A stretch of DNA of 64,000 nt from an uncultured Aquimarina sp. (GCA_947498595.1 CANMKX010000021.1:9594-73593); one strand, 5' to 3'. Positions 39,235 through 50,460 are shown, numbered from the stretch's first letter. Notes: generated by a model not told the origin, from the sequence alone. A program made the numbers and translations.

Positions 39235-40218
39235 TTATGAATATGCTTTGATTAATGTATTTTTTAAAAACGCCTTAAGAGTATTATTGGTAAATGAAGC
39301 ATTTACGGCATTTATATTGCATGCTAAAAAATGAGCTTTAGTCCAATTAAATTCTTTCTCAAGTATCTGGTATTCATTGCTAAGCGAAGTGTTTGATATC
39401 GTTTTAGCATCAGTATTTACACTCATAGAAACTCCAGCATTATAAATTTTAGAAACTGTATGTTTTTGAATCGAAGGATATACATTAGTCTGTATATTAC
39501 TCGTTGGACACACTTCTAAATGAATCTTTTTCTCTATTAAGTATTCTATTAATTTTGGATCTTCATAACTTCGTACGCCATGTCCTATTCTGCTTGGATG
39601 AAAATTTCTTAATGTTTCCCAAACACTTTCACACCCTTTTGCTTCTACTGCATGAGCAGTACAATTTATATTTTTTCTCTTTGCATACTCAAAAGCTTTG
39701 ATATGCGCATCTATAGGAAATCCTGCTTCATCAGCTGCAATATCAAAACCTACAATCGTTGTATTTCTAAAGGTCTCTACTAGTTTTACTGTTTCAATAC
39801 TTTGTAGCTCATTATAGTGACGTAATGTACATAATATAATCCCTGCATTAATTCCTGTTAAATTAATACCTTCTAAAGTCGCTTCATGTACTGTTTGAAC
39901 CACTTCATGAGAAGTTAATCCTTTGTTTATATGTAATAATGGAGCAAAACGTATTTCTGCATAAATGATATTATCTTTTTTTAATTGATCAAATAAATCA
40001 AGAACAACCCATCGCAAATGTTCTTTCGTTTGCATTAATTCTATTGCATTGTTAGCTCTAGTAATATAATCTGCTAAATCATTGCATTTTGCAGGAGCTA
40101 TAAAAGAATCTCTATAGCTTTTTAAGGTTATAGTTGAGTCAATTTTATGAACTACCTCATAACTCAATGAACAGTCTAGATGAAGGTGTAATTCTATCTT
40201 TGGTAAATCTTGATACAT
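39235..40218 (-). CDS. add: Adenosine deaminase
   Basis: ELHLHLD, YAEIRFAP, RIGHG, EVCPTSN, NTD. Confidence 0.9.
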   Translation of the reverse strand: MYQDLPKIELHLHLDCSLSYEVVHKIDSTITLKSYRDSFIAPAKCNDLADYITRANNAIELMQTKEHLRWVVLDLFDQLKKDNIIYAEIRFAPLLHINKGLTSHEVVQTVHEATLEGINLTGINAGIILCTLRHYNELQSIETVKLVETFRNTTIVGFDIAADEAGFPIDAHIKAFEYAKRKNINCTAHAVEAKGCESVWETLRNFHPSRIGHGVRSYEDPKLIEYLIEKKIHLEVCPTSNIQTNVYPSIQKHTVSKIYNAGVSMSVNTDAKTISNTSLSNEYQILEKEFNWTKAHFLACNINAVNASFTNNTLKAFLKNTLIKAYS

Positions 40219-40285
40219 ATTTTTAATTTAGCTATAAATTAATAACAACTTTATTATCTTACATCATATAATATACATTGGTGTC

Positions 40286-40300
40286 AAGGACAAATGTCTT
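40286..40300. promoter_or_regulatory. Possible Crp/Fnr-type operator between add and its divergent regulator
   Basis: GACA-AA-TGTC palindromic core in AAGGACAAATGTCTT. Confidence 0.4.
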
Positions 40301-40312
40301 ACTATTCATTAA

Positions 40313-40957
40313 ATGATAAAAACAAACCTTAAAGTACTTCAGTTAATAGAAAAAATTGCACGTGATACTGCTAATGTTATTCTAAAAACATTTAAAAAAG
40401 GAGAGTATATAGTGCAGCAAAATGAAAAACCTAAAATTGTTTATATTATTAAAAAAGGAATCACAAAATGTTTTATTACTGAGGAAAATGGAAAAGATTA
40501 CGTATTAGATTTTAGTAGTGCTGGAGAAATTATAGGAGAAGTTGAATTGCTTACACATAAAGATCAATATTTTTCTACTATTGAAGCTTTGACAATACTA
40601 GAAGTGTATGTTATACCTAAAGTCGTTTTTGACCAACTTAATAACGAGGATAATGATTTTAATATGCTTATAAAAGAAGTTTTAGCGCATAGATTAATGA
40701 ATACTTCAAAGCGATCGTCTTATCAACAAATCTACCCACTGTTATATTCTGTTTTAAAAATAATTTATGATTTTGGACAACTCGATGAACATATATCAAA
40801 GCAGGATTTGGCTAATTATTTAGGAATAACGGTACGAAGTCTCAACAGGACATTACAAGAATTAGTTGACAAAAAAATTATCACTATAAACGAAGTTGAT
40901 AATTTTGAAATTAAAAATGCACCTTTATTAATTAAAACTATCGAACAATTTTATTAA
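40313..40957 (+). CDS. Crp/Fnr family regulator
   Basis: cNMP-binding fold (GEIIGE) and C-terminal HTH (LANYLGITVRSLNR). Confidence 0.88.
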   Translation: MIKTNLKVLQLIEKIARDTANVILKTFKKGEYIVQQNEKPKIVYIIKKGITKCFITEENGKDYVLDFSSAGEIIGEVELLTHKDQYFSTIEALTILEVYVIPKVVFDQLNNEDNDFNMLIKEVLAHRLMNTSKRSSYQQIYPLLYSVLKIIYDFGQLDEHISKQDLANYLGITVRSLNRTLQELVDKKIITINEVDNFEIKNAPLLIKTIEQFY

Positions 40958-40962
40958 AAAAA

Positions 40963-41460
40963 TTATTCATCAACTCGAATCATTTCAAATTCTCCATTTC
41001 CTGAAGACATATATATAGGTATACACCTAAAAAACCAATGCCATTCTTTTTTAAATTTCCAATTACCTGTAATTCTATTTCTTGAACCTTCTACAAAATT
41101 ACCTTCATAATAGATTGGAGTATGTTCTTGTGTTTGATCTATATAAATGTTTCCCTCTCTGTCTGAAAAAGTCAATACAGGCATTTTTTTAACAAACATA
41201 ATTTTCTCATTAATAACTTTTCCTATAATATATCCAATACCAGAGGTACCTCCAGAGGCTCTATCATCCTTTACATTTCCTCTAAAATCATCATTATTCA
41301 AATTAATTATTTCAATATCAAAAAAGACTCTTTTATGACGCGCTGTTTTACATCGCTCAGGGAGATCATAGGTGTAAAAGCCTTTCCATTTTCCTTTCAT
41401 AATTAAATTTTGATTTTGCAAGTGCAAAAATATCTTTTTCAAATATATCAAAAATTGCAA
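40963..41460 (-). CDS. Hypothetical protein
   Basis: ORF; likely start MKGKWKG; no family recognised. Confidence 0.6.
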   Translation of the reverse strand: MQFLIYLKKIFLHLQNQNLIMKGKWKGFYTYDLPERCKTARHKRVFFDIEIINLNNDDFRGNVKDDRASGGTSGIGYIIGKVINEKIMFVKKMPVLTFSDREGNIYIDQTQEHTPIYYEGNFVEGSRNRITGNWKFKKEWHWFFRCIPIYMSSGNGEFEMIRVDE

Positions 41461-41480
41461 AAGTCACACTTATAATAACT

Positions 41481-41771
41481 TCATGAAAATATAGTTATAG
41501 AAACTCCTATAAAAAATAAGGAGTAAAAAACTGATGATAAAACAAATAATGAATCTAAATATCGACTTCGATAAGATTCGCAACTAGAAGAAAACAATGC
41601 TCCTACTATACTTAAAATTATAGATGCAATAGGTATAATTACAAATAAAAATCCATGTACTGCGGATTGTAATTCTTCATAATTAGAAATCTTTTTTCCA
41701 TAAATAGAAAAAATGATACTTGTTGCAATAACTAATATTAAATTTATAATGGTTATACTCTTCTTTGACAT
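41481..41771 (-). CDS. Small three-TM membrane protein
   Basis: Three hydrophobic segments. Confidence 0.6.
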   Translation of the reverse strand: MSKKSITIINLILVIATSIIFSIYGKKISNYEELQSAVHGFLFVIIPIASIILSIVGALFSSSCESYRSRYLDSLFVLSSVFYSLFFIGVSITIFS

Positions 41772-41859
41772 GTCAGGGGAAACATAATTTATACTGCAAA
41801 GATATATAACTATATATATTGATTTTATTGCTAAAAAAATGCAAAAAAATCAGTCGTTA

Positions 41860-42573
41860 TTAAAAAGATATTTTCTTTTTATTTTCAACTCCTATTTTTG
41901 ATCCTTCTGCCAGAAATACTGATGACGGTTTCATTTTTTGTAAATGGGCAAAATTTTTACCGTAAACTTCTTCAAAATTGATATCTATATCATATGATTT
42001 TACAGGATACATTTCCCATCTAGGATGCGTTACTTCATATTCATTCGTAGATTTATTATTTACTTTTGCATATCCCCAATAATGTTCTGATATAAATTCT
42101 GCCTCGCTCCCTTCTTCGATAGGAACAAGCTTATTAGTGGATTCAATTTTAATAGAATTTAGTTGGTTTTTACTTTGCCACTGGTACAAAACATTTAAAT
42201 TATCATCTATATTTTTCCAATGATGCGTCATTGGGTTTGTTTCATAATGTTCATTGTAAATAGTATTTGCTATAAAGGATAATGCTCGTTTTGGAACAAT
42301 TTCTTTTATAAAAACGACTCCTCTTTTCCAAACATTATTTTCTAATCTCTTAACATAAAATCTTAAATTAACTTCTTCAAAATTAATATGTCCAGGAACT
42401 TTTATACTTAATATTTTAGTATTTATAAACATAAACCCCACAATACTAACATAACATTTTTCGTTCCATAAGTCTAATACTGTTCCTTTTGGTATATATG
42501 GAGTTAATATCTCAGAATCAATCGTATAATTGATCATTGCTAATTTTCTCCATTCTGCTTTTAAAAAACTCAT
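41860..42573 (-). CDS. YqjF/DUF2071 family protein
   Basis: FLKAEWRKLAM, FEEVNLRFYV, FISEHYWGY, HPRW. Confidence 0.85.
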   Translation of the reverse strand: MSFLKAEWRKLAMINYTIDSEILTPYIPKGTVLDLWNEKCYVSIVGFMFINTKILSIKVPGHINFEEVNLRFYVKRLENNVWKRGVVFIKEIVPKRALSFIANTIYNEHYETNPMTHHWKNIDDNLNVLYQWQSKNQLNSIKIESTNKLVPIEEGSEAEFISEHYWGYAKVNNKSTNEYEVTHPRWEMYPVKSYDIDINFEEVYGKNFAHLQKMKPSSVFLAEGSKIGVENKKKISF

Positions 42574-42579
42574 ATTTGA

Positions 42580-43056
42580 TTAATTTGGAACGAGATTATA
42601 TGTTGTAGTGTTTACTAATTGACTCATGATCGGAGCTATATTTTCTGCTGTATCCTCAGCCCATTCAGATGAATTTATTTTCGAAACAATTTCATTATCC
42701 TTAGTAACTTTAATAAAAGCTGGAATTGCATTAATTTGATATAAGTTTTGCATTTCAGAATCCATTTGATCTACATCAATTTTGATAAGAACGGCATCTT
42801 TTAATGCTTCAATCATTTTAGAATCATTTAAAGTCCTACTATACTTTTTACATGGAGCACACCAACTCGCTCCAAAATATAGTATAGGTGTTTTTTCTTC
42901 AGCAACTATCTTATTTAGTAGTTCACTAAGTTCAAATGATTTGTTTTTATCATATAATTCGATCACCTCAACTTTTGTTTCATCATTGTTTTGTTGCTTG
43001 CATGAGTATGTGATTCCGCAAAGTATAAATAATATGATGTAATAATTTATTTTCAT
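42580..43056 (-). CDS. Thioredoxin-family lipoprotein
   Basis: Lipobox TYSC; WCAPC motif. Confidence 0.85.
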   Translation of the reverse strand: MKINYYIILFILCGITYSCKQQNNDETKVEVIELYDKNKSFELSELLNKIVAEEKTPILYFGASWCAPCKKYSRTLNDSKMIEALKDAVLIKIDVDQMDSEMQNLYQINAIPAFIKVTKDNEIVSKINSSEWAEDTAENIAPIMSQLVNTTTYNLVPN

Positions 43057-43102
43057 TGTTTGTAATACTAAGTTTAGTTTTTATTTAAATATATGATTCT
43101 TG

Positions 43103-43375
43103 CTATTTAATTTCTTTAATATTTTTTATAACTCCAGCTATGGGAGTAATTCTAATTTTTGAATCGTTTTTTTCTGCATAAAATATATAAGAACTATTTT
43201 TTCCTATTATTTCAATCCTTTTAGATTCATTAGTAACGTATGTTATTTGATCATTATATTTTAGAGTATTTGAAATTACTTTCTTTTCCATTTTATAACC
43301 ATTAGCTAATCCAGATCCAACATAAAAACCTAATAAACCAAAAGATAGCATTTTAAAAAAAGTATTATTTGCCAT
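43103..43375 (-). CDS. Hypothetical protein, possibly a truncated remnant
   Basis: 90-aa ORF abutting the MFS stop codon. Confidence 0.45.
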   Translation of the reverse strand: MANNTFFKMLSFGLLGFYVGSGLANGYKMEKKVISNTLKYNDQITYVTNESKRIEIIGKNSSYIFYAEKNDSKIRITPIAGVIKNIKEIK

Positions 43376-44671
43376 TTATAACTTATTTGAAGAGTTATTA
43401 TACAATCTATAATAATAGTATGATGCAATTATACTTATAAGAGAGAATAACGCTAGCATTAAAAAAACATGTTGATGACCTATTATCCCAGGAGAACTTT
43501 CTAGTAAATATCCTATAATAGGTCCAGAAAATATCTCAGGAGTAAATCCAACTAAAGAAATAATACCCACCGCAGTTCCTGTATATGATAACGGTATTTT
43601 TCCTTTTTCCATAACTGCAAAGTACAATGATCTTGCTGCATACACCCCACTTGCAACAATAAAAATAGAAATAAAAAATAGGATAGAAGCTGTAGGTACT
43701 ACAAAACCAGTTCCTATCATTAAAGCTCCAAAAAATGAAATAATAAAACTTGCTATTAACCAAAATAAAATACTTGATCTATCAGCTAATATTCCAATAA
43801 GAACTCCAATAAATGGACGTAAGAATAATAAAAAAGTTCCTATTTGGGCAGATTGCACTTCTGTATAGAGCATTACATCCCTTGCATACAATGAAAAAAC
43901 ATCTGTGATCTTATAACCAACATATGCGCATAAAATAATAATCATTAATAACCATACAGATGGTAAACGCATTACTTGTTTAACTTGAGGCAATGATATT
44001 TTTTCAAGATTTACTTTTTCTTCAAGTTTTTTATCCAATTTCATAAAAAACCAAACTAGTATACCTACGAATATAATTATAAAAGAAGAGACTAATACAA
44101 CTTGTCTAAAAGCTATTTTACTTTCTGAAGGAGTAATGTCTGTTGCTGATGATGTAACAATTAGAGCGAATATAATAAGACCTAAGCTACCAAATAAAGC
44201 TCCTACTAAGCCTCTACCTCCATCCAAAAAACCAAAAGCTTTTCCTTGTGAAATAGCACCTCCCCATATTCTGGTTGCTTTGATCATCGGTGCCCAAAAT
44301 AGGAATATAGTTGTAAATCCCCAGTAACCATACAATAATTTCAATACTCCATAGCTTGGGATTGTAGCATATAGAAAGCCTCCTAAGGCTGTCATCCATA
44401 AAGCTATCGCGATTAATTTTCGAGGAGAAAATCTATCTGCTAATGGACCTCCTAATAAATAGGAGAACAATGCAACAATACCATAGATAGAAAAACAAAT
44501 TCCTAACTCAATATTATCTAAATTAAAAACATCTAACACTGTTGGTCTAAATACTCTAGAAAGTACGAAAGGTAAAATAAAAACCGATTCTCCAGCTATT
44601 ATTAATAAAAGTAGATAATACCATGGAATCTTGTTTTGCTTATTAGAAGTCAATATTTTAGATGTATTCAT
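43376..44671 (-). CDS. MFS transporter
   Basis: About 12 TM segments; GPLADRFSPRK and GILADRSS MFS loop motifs. Confidence 0.9.
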   Translation of the reverse strand: MNTSKILTSNKQNKIPWYYLLLLIIAGESVFILPFVLSRVFRPTVLDVFNLDNIELGICFSIYGIVALFSYLLGGPLADRFSPRKLIAIALWMTALGGFLYATIPSYGVLKLLYGYWGFTTIFLFWAPMIKATRIWGGAISQGKAFGFLDGGRGLVGALFGSLGLIIFALIVTSSATDITPSESKIAFRQVVLVSSFIIIFVGILVWFFMKLDKKLEEKVNLEKISLPQVKQVMRLPSVWLLMIIILCAYVGYKITDVFSLYARDVMLYTEVQSAQIGTFLLFLRPFIGVLIGILADRSSILFWLIASFIISFFGALMIGTGFVVPTASILFFISIFIVASGVYAARSLYFAVMEKGKIPLSYTGTAVGIISLVGFTPEIFSGPIIGYLLESSPGIIGHQHVFLMLALFSLISIIASYYYYRLYNNSSNKL

Positions 44672-44766
44672 ATAAATTGATATAATAATACGGAATATAA
44701 TTATATCAACTTATATGAAACCTATTTTCTAGTTAAATTTTTGAAGTATTATTTTTATCCTAATTA

Positions 44767-45732
44767 TTATTCATAATCTACACTAGCCTTAGATTCAATT
44801 ACCTCATTGGTTTCCATCCAATGATACCATGTAGTCATGTCTGCTTGCTTTGGCCAAAAATCTGGTCTTTTCAAATGTTTAGGTAATAAAACTTCGTCAT
44901 CTCCCAAAAATGTATTTAATTGTTCTTGTGTCAAGTTTTTAGCATTCGTTAAATCTATAAATGACAAATAACATTTTTCAAAATTACAACTTAAAAAATC
45001 TACTTTGTCAAGGTTTTTGAGTTGAAAAAATGATGTTTCATTAAAAAAACAATTTGAGAATTTTACATTATCCATATCATTTTCTGAAAAATCACAATTA
45101 TCAAAATTACATTCTTTGAACATTGAATGACATAGGTTTATATTAACAAATTTTGTATATCCCATATAACATTCATTACATGAAAAGTGTTCTAAATTTG
45201 TTTTATAAAACCATATCGAATCTAACTCACATTTTTCAAAAACTGATCCATATAAGACTGAATTCGTATATTCCATTTTAATTAGTTTTTTTTGATCAAA
45301 ATGCATTTTTTGAACTTTTATGTTCTCATATTTTTTATCAAGTTTTTTATTTTTACTTGTTATATAAAAATTCAGCAGTTTTCTATAACTCTTTCGTTCT
45401 TCTAATAATGATATATGAGGTAACCATTTATCTTCTACAAACGTATAGTTACCTTTGTAATCAACCGTAAAATCTACCTTTTTATCTTTAAAATCAAAAT
45501 CATATATATCTTCCATATAATCAGCACTTAAAAAAGCATCTGAAGTTTGTAGGTATTTATATATATCCATATAATTCTCTTTTGAGAATTTTCTTTTTTT
45601 TGTTTTTATAATATTTTCTACAGCTTTATTAATTTCAATCGCATCAGGGTATGAATATCCTCCAATTGTTATTCGTGTAAATAAATCTTCGATCGATTTT
45701 TCCAGTTGTGCATCTCTAAATAACCTCTTCAT
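44767..45732 (-). CDS. Pentapeptide repeat protein
   Basis: C-terminal F..C.F repeats, LTNAKNLTQEQL, HLKRP. Confidence 0.75.
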   Translation of the reverse strand: MKRLFRDAQLEKSIEDLFTRITIGGYSYPDAIEINKAVENIIKTKKRKFSKENYMDIYKYLQTSDAFLSADYMEDIYDFDFKDKKVDFTVDYKGNYTFVEDKWLPHISLLEERKSYRKLLNFYITSKNKKLDKKYENIKVQKMHFDQKKLIKMEYTNSVLYGSVFEKCELDSIWFYKTNLEHFSCNECYMGYTKFVNINLCHSMFKECNFDNCDFSENDMDNVKFSNCFFNETSFFQLKNLDKVDFLSCNFEKCYLSFIDLTNAKNLTQEQLNTFLGDDEVLLPKHLKRPDFWPKQADMTTWYHWMETNEVIESKASVDYE

Positions 45733-45751
45733 TTTAATCTTTTTTCAAAAT

Positions 45752-46489
45752 TTAATGTTCTACTATATTATGCTGCCAATTGGCTATCCCATTAAAATTC
45801 AATCTATCATTTTTACTACAATGTTGAATTCCATTAGTATCTATTATATCAAAGTCAGAAAGTGGAATGAATCCTGTGTAGTTTTCCTTTTCCCAAAATT
45901 TTAAAATTTTCTTATGTACTAATAATACCGTCATAAATTCGTCATATTTAACTGCTATTAGAGGTCTTTCTTCCACGGGAACTCTTTTGAATCTTTTTTC
46001 TGCTTTATCCAACGGTAACGGGTTTAAAAAAGAAATATAATGGTATCCTGTATGTTCCATTTCAAAAGGATCATTTAAAATGGCTTCTCCTCTATGGACT
46101 CCTACTTTTTCTGAAAAATGTAATTTTTTAAAAATAGCTTTGGACACAATAATAGATTGGTCTCGAAAACAATACATTATATCCAATTGTCTTAATTTCA
46201 TGTTTTGATGCTGTAACCATTTTAAGTCATCTGCAAAATCTGCTCCAATATTCGGTAGATTCTCTTCTAATAACTCTTTTGCTTTATAACTTAAAAAGTT
46301 AATTTTTTTACCATCTTCATAGGTTAAAGGGTAATCTCTTCTATTAGCACACCATTCAAAAATAGTATCTGTAAAGCCGTATTTATAAGAATTTTTATTT
46401 AATGAGATTGTGATATCTTGAGATAACAACGGAACATATTCACTTAGTACTGAGTTGGGTTCTACATAATGCTCATTTATTTCATTCAT
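45752..46489 (-). CDS. Hypothetical protein
   Basis: 245-aa ORF, cotranscribed with the pentapeptide gene. Confidence 0.65.
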   Translation of the reverse strand: MNEINEHYVEPNSVLSEYVPLLSQDITISLNKNSYKYGFTDTIFEWCANRRDYPLTYEDGKKINFLSYKAKELLEENLPNIGADFADDLKWLQHQNMKLRQLDIMYCFRDQSIIVSKAIFKKLHFSEKVGVHRGEAILNDPFEMEHTGYHYISFLNPLPLDKAEKRFKRVPVEERPLIAVKYDEFMTVLLVHKKILKFWEKENYTGFIPLSDFDIIDTNGIQHCSKNDRLNFNGIANWQHNIVEH

Positions 46490-46739
46490 GAGTTATATTA
46501 TTTACAAATTTTATAGTCAAATATAATTTGTATCTATCTCATAAAATTCCCTGTTTATAGTGTAATTAGTTATATAATAACTCCCGTTATAGAGGTAAGA
46601 GATTTTGTTTATTTTAATTAGATATACTAAACATTGTCATCCTTTTATTATGCAAAAAATCGGCTTAAATTTCTCTAAACCGATTTCTAATATATTTTTA
46701 AATAAATACTAAACTGATAAATTCTAAGTTTATATGATT

Positions 46740-47336
46740 TTACTTTCGATATTTATCGTACAAACCAATTCCTTTTATAATCATAGGGATTATCTTTATC
46801 AGTCTTTTTTCTTTAGTTGCAATTCTTTTGGCTTCACTAACGTACTCTATGTATTCTCTTTGTTTGTATGGAGTAATTAATTCAAAGTTTTCTTTTAATC
46901 TACTATCTTTTTTAAATGCATCCATTAACTCGACAGGAATTATCAAATTTGATTTTCTATCTGGTTTAATTTCGTTTCCAGCTAATTGATTTTCTATAGC
47001 TTCGTCTATATACATCGAAAGTTTATCCTTTTTAATAGCATCTAAAGAATCGAATCTCCATTGTCTCATAGCTTTGGTTTTCCCTTCTTGTGCATTTAAT
47101 AAGAGTTTTTCTTCATCCTTTAGTAAAGCTCCTTGATAAAACCACACTCCTACATACTCTTTAAAAGCTCCTAATCCTATTATATTTTTCCCATTTCTGG
47201 TTGTATAAACAGGCGCACCCCATTTAATTGTTTCTATAAGGTTTCTAGACAAAACAATAGATCTCAATAAAATAAGTTCTTCTTCCCATTGAGGTTTGGA
47301 TGCTATATAACTTTCTACAGAGGTATGTTTTTCCAT
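46740..47336 (-). CDS. YdeI/OmpD-associated (DUF1801) family protein
   Basis: ETIKWGAPVY, WFYQGALLKD, LTPYKQREY-like motif, KRIATKEKR. Confidence 0.88.
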   Translation of the reverse strand: MEKHTSVESYIASKPQWEEELILLRSIVLSRNLIETIKWGAPVYTTRNGKNIIGLGAFKEYVGVWFYQGALLKDEEKLLLNAQEGKTKAMRQWRFDSLDAIKKDKLSMYIDEAIENQLAGNEIKPDRKSNLIIPVELMDAFKKDSRLKENFELITPYKQREYIEYVSEAKRIATKEKRLIKIIPMIIKGIGLYDKYRK

Positions 47337-47337
47337 A

Positions 47338-49740
47338 TTATAAAGTAATCATTATATTTTGCGTAGTTTCTTTTTTCCAAGGTATAACAATTTTTGCAAT
47401 CTTGGTTTTCGCATTCCACTCAATTTCACTGATAATAGCTTCTCCTACCTTTATATTTTTAGGCTTTTCAATCATATTATGAATATTGATTGTTACTGTA
47501 CGGTTTATGGCAGTATAGTTTTTTCCTAACGTAGTTGCAAAGTGCATATTTATTACATTAGCCTTTACGGTATTTTTAAATGTTAATATTTCAAACGCTC
47601 CTTTTTCAAAAGCATTTGGGTCTTTTCCATTATCATCATAGACAATGTCTTCGCTTGTAGCTTTCTCAGCATCATAATAATAATCTAAGATAAGAGCTTT
47701 GGTATCGTACTCTTCTGTAGTTTGTATAGGTGCTATACTAGGGATTATTGCTCCTCCTTTTACAAATACTGGTATATAATCAGCTTCTAATTGTACATTA
47801 GCAGTTTTTCCTCCGTTATATTTTTCTCCTGTATAAAAATCATACCAGTTAGCTCCTTTTGGAAAGTATATTTCTTGGCTTGTTATTCCTGCTTTTACTA
47901 CTGGAGAAACTAATAAATTCTTTCCCCATAAATAAGTATTTTTTACTTCTGTTATAGCATCATTATTTTGTTCTTCAAAAAACACTGGTCGCATTAACGG
48001 AATCCCTGTTTGGTTATTTTCAAAAGCTAATGTATAGTTATAAGGAAGTAAACTGTATCGTAATTCAATAGCTTTTTTAGCTAATCCCTTAGTTATCTCG
48101 TCATGAAAAACTGGTTCTGGAGCAATATGTTCTTGCGCATGTGGTCTAAAAATTGGTTGAAACACTCCATATTGTAACCAACGAGTATATAATTCTGCAT
48201 CAAAAGTTTCACCTCCTGCAAACCCACCTAAGTCTGAATGCATATATCCCAGACCTTGCATTCCCATTTGTAATGCAATTTCGGTTTGTGCTTGTAATCC
48301 TTCCCAACTACGGCTAACATCTCCAGACCATGGAATCATTCCAAATCTTTGTGATCCTGAATATCCTGCTCTCATTAGTATAAATGGACGTTGCGTAGGA
48401 TAATCCTTCTTATATCCTTCTTGTATCAGCCTTGCCCAATCATGACCATAAATATTATGTACTTGATCTGCACTACCATTGGCATGTTGTAATTGAGTAG
48501 GATGAACTTCTGGTTCTCCTAGATCTCCCCACCAACCAGATACTCCCATATCGGTATATTTTTTATATACATCCCAAAACCATTTCTTCCCTTCTGGATT
48601 ATAGATGTCGATGATTCCAGTATTTCCAAAATAAAAATCATAGGTATATGGTTTTCCTAATGAATCCCTTCCTAAAATGTTTTTTTCTGAAGTTTCTTTC
48701 CATTTTTTTGAAGTTGTTAAAACAAAAGGTTCTGTAATAAGTACCGTTTTTATTCCTTGATCTTTAAAATCATTAATCATTTTTTTAGGTGTAGGAAAAG
48801 AATCTTTTAAAAACTCTAGATTTCCCATCGTTCCTTTGATATCTTTTCCAAACCAATAAATATCAAGAATAACTGCATCTAATGGTATTTCGTCTTTTTT
48901 AAAACGTGCAATAACATCCTTTGTTTCTTTTTCTGAATGGTATCCAAATCTACTAGCAAAATTACCTAATGCCCAACGAGGAGGTAAAGGTTGTTTTCCT
49001 GTTAAGTCGGTATAACTATCTATTAAATCCTCCCATGTATCACCAGCAATAACTTGATATGTTTTACGTCCGCTAATCGTTTCGTATTGTAGCGAATTAT
49101 CTTTTTTACTATCAATATCCAAAAAACCAATAGGAGCATTGTCAAAATGTACGGCATATTTTTTAGACGAATAAATTAATGGAATGGTATAATTCATCAA
49201 TTCTGAATGCGTTCCATATCCATAATGTGCACGGTTGTATAGTTCTAATCGATGACCTCGACGATCCATTCCTACTACTCTAGCTCCTGCCCCATATATT
49301 TTTTCGGTAGCATCTAATTTAAAATCTAAAATTTCTGTACTATCAGTTTTTATATATCCTTTATTCTCCGCAATCAGCTCTTTCCCTTTATAATAATAAT
49401 GGATAGAGAAAGGAGCTTTTTTTATTTCAACGCTAATACCTGTTGTAGTATAAAGTATCATACTATCATTTTCTGTCAAGTTTACTTCATTGACTTTAGG
49501 CTTCATAACAACAGCATGTGATTTTTCATCAAACACCTCACCCTTAGGAATAAAGGATGTCTCTATTATTTGATCAGAATAGGGTTTTATAAGATAAGTT
49601 CCATTATCTTTATAAATCTCAATATGCGTTTGCTTGTTTTCCATCCCTTGATATGGGCCTTGGATTTCTTTTTTACAACCGATCACAAAACTTACCAAAA
49701 GTAGCGTGATAAGCACTTTAAAGTGGTTACTTTTAATCAT
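47338..49740 (-). CDS. GH31 alpha-glucosidase-like lipoprotein
   Basis: WWGDLGEPE nucleophile motif, WSGDV, HSDLGGF, RWLQYG. Confidence 0.9.
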   Translation of the reverse strand: MIKSNHFKVLITLLLVSFVIGCKKEIQGPYQGMENKQTHIEIYKDNGTYLIKPYSDQIIETSFIPKGEVFDEKSHAVVMKPKVNEVNLTENDSMILYTTTGISVEIKKAPFSIHYYYKGKELIAENKGYIKTDSTEILDFKLDATEKIYGAGARVVGMDRRGHRLELYNRAHYGYGTHSELMNYTIPLIYSSKKYAVHFDNAPIGFLDIDSKKDNSLQYETISGRKTYQVIAGDTWEDLIDSYTDLTGKQPLPPRWALGNFASRFGYHSEKETKDVIARFKKDEIPLDAVILDIYWFGKDIKGTMGNLEFLKDSFPTPKKMINDFKDQGIKTVLITEPFVLTTSKKWKETSEKNILGRDSLGKPYTYDFYFGNTGIIDIYNPEGKKWFWDVYKKYTDMGVSGWWGDLGEPEVHPTQLQHANGSADQVHNIYGHDWARLIQEGYKKDYPTQRPFILMRAGYSGSQRFGMIPWSGDVSRSWEGLQAQTEIALQMGMQGLGYMHSDLGGFAGGETFDAELYTRWLQYGVFQPIFRPHAQEHIAPEPVFHDEITKGLAKKAIELRYSLLPYNYTLAFENNQTGIPLMRPVFFEEQNNDAITEVKNTYLWGKNLLVSPVVKAGITSQEIYFPKGANWYDFYTGEKYNGGKTANVQLEADYIPVFVKGGAIIPSIAPIQTTEEYDTKALILDYYYDAEKATSEDIVYDDNGKDPNAFEKGAFEILTFKNTVKANVINMHFATTLGKNYTAINRTVTINIHNMIEKPKNIKVGEAIISEIEWNAKTKIAKIVIPWKKETTQNIMITL

Positions 49741-50012
49741 ATATTCTCAATATTAGTTGGACACAAAAACACTTATATAAACATACTATTTACATAATAA
49801 ATGTTCTTTTTAAATTTCTTTTTTAGCATTGGTTAAATGCCAAGTTTCAAATATAAGTCAATCTTATGAAGTTCTGTATTTCTACTATTATTTAACACCT
49901 TTTTTAATTCTTTATTGATTTATTAATCATGAATGTAAGTAGGTGAAAGCATTATTAGGTTTCTTATTTTTTGTATATTGTTACAACTAAATAATTTCAA
50001 AATCAATAGTAT

Positions 50013-50441
50013 ATGAATAAAAACAAACCAACATCGGCTTATTGGATCGTTGCGATTATTGCAGTCTTATGGAATATAATGGGAGTATTGGCATATTTAG
50101 GTCAAGCATTTATTACTGATGAAATGAAAGCTTTAATGCCACCAGAACAGGTTTCTATTATGGAAAATACACCTGCTTGGATTACAGCTGCGTTTGCCAT
50201 GGCAACTTTTGCTGGTTTACTAGGTAGTTTATTATTACTATTTAGAAAAAAACTAGCAATTCCTATATTACTAATTTCTTTGATTACTGTTCTTATACAA
50301 ATGGGATATTCATTTTTTGCAACAAATGCTATTGAAGTATACGGAATCGGTCAAGGACTTATAATGCCAATTGTTGTGATTGTAATTGCAATCTTCTTAT
50401 ATTGGTGGAGTAAATTACAAGCTACAAAAGGAATTATATAA
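50013..50441 (+). CDS. Four-TM membrane protein
   Basis: WN.MGV.AY and P.W.TAAF motifs; four hydrophobic segments. Confidence 0.7.
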   Translation: MNKNKPTSAYWIVAIIAVLWNIMGVLAYLGQAFITDEMKALMPPEQVSIMENTPAWITAAFAMATFAGLLGSLLLLFRKKLAIPILLISLITVLIQMGYSFFATNAIEVYGIGQGLIMPIVVIVIAIFLYWWSKLQATKGII

Positions 50442-50460
50442 TTTTCTTTATAACCAACCG

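Noticed and set aside
47338-49740. Polysaccharide utilisation locus
   Set aside because: Lone GH31 with no SusC/SusD nearby in the window.
49787-49814. Additional dif-like site (TATTTACATAA...)
   Set aside because: Only one arm matches; this is expected by chance in AT-rich DNA.
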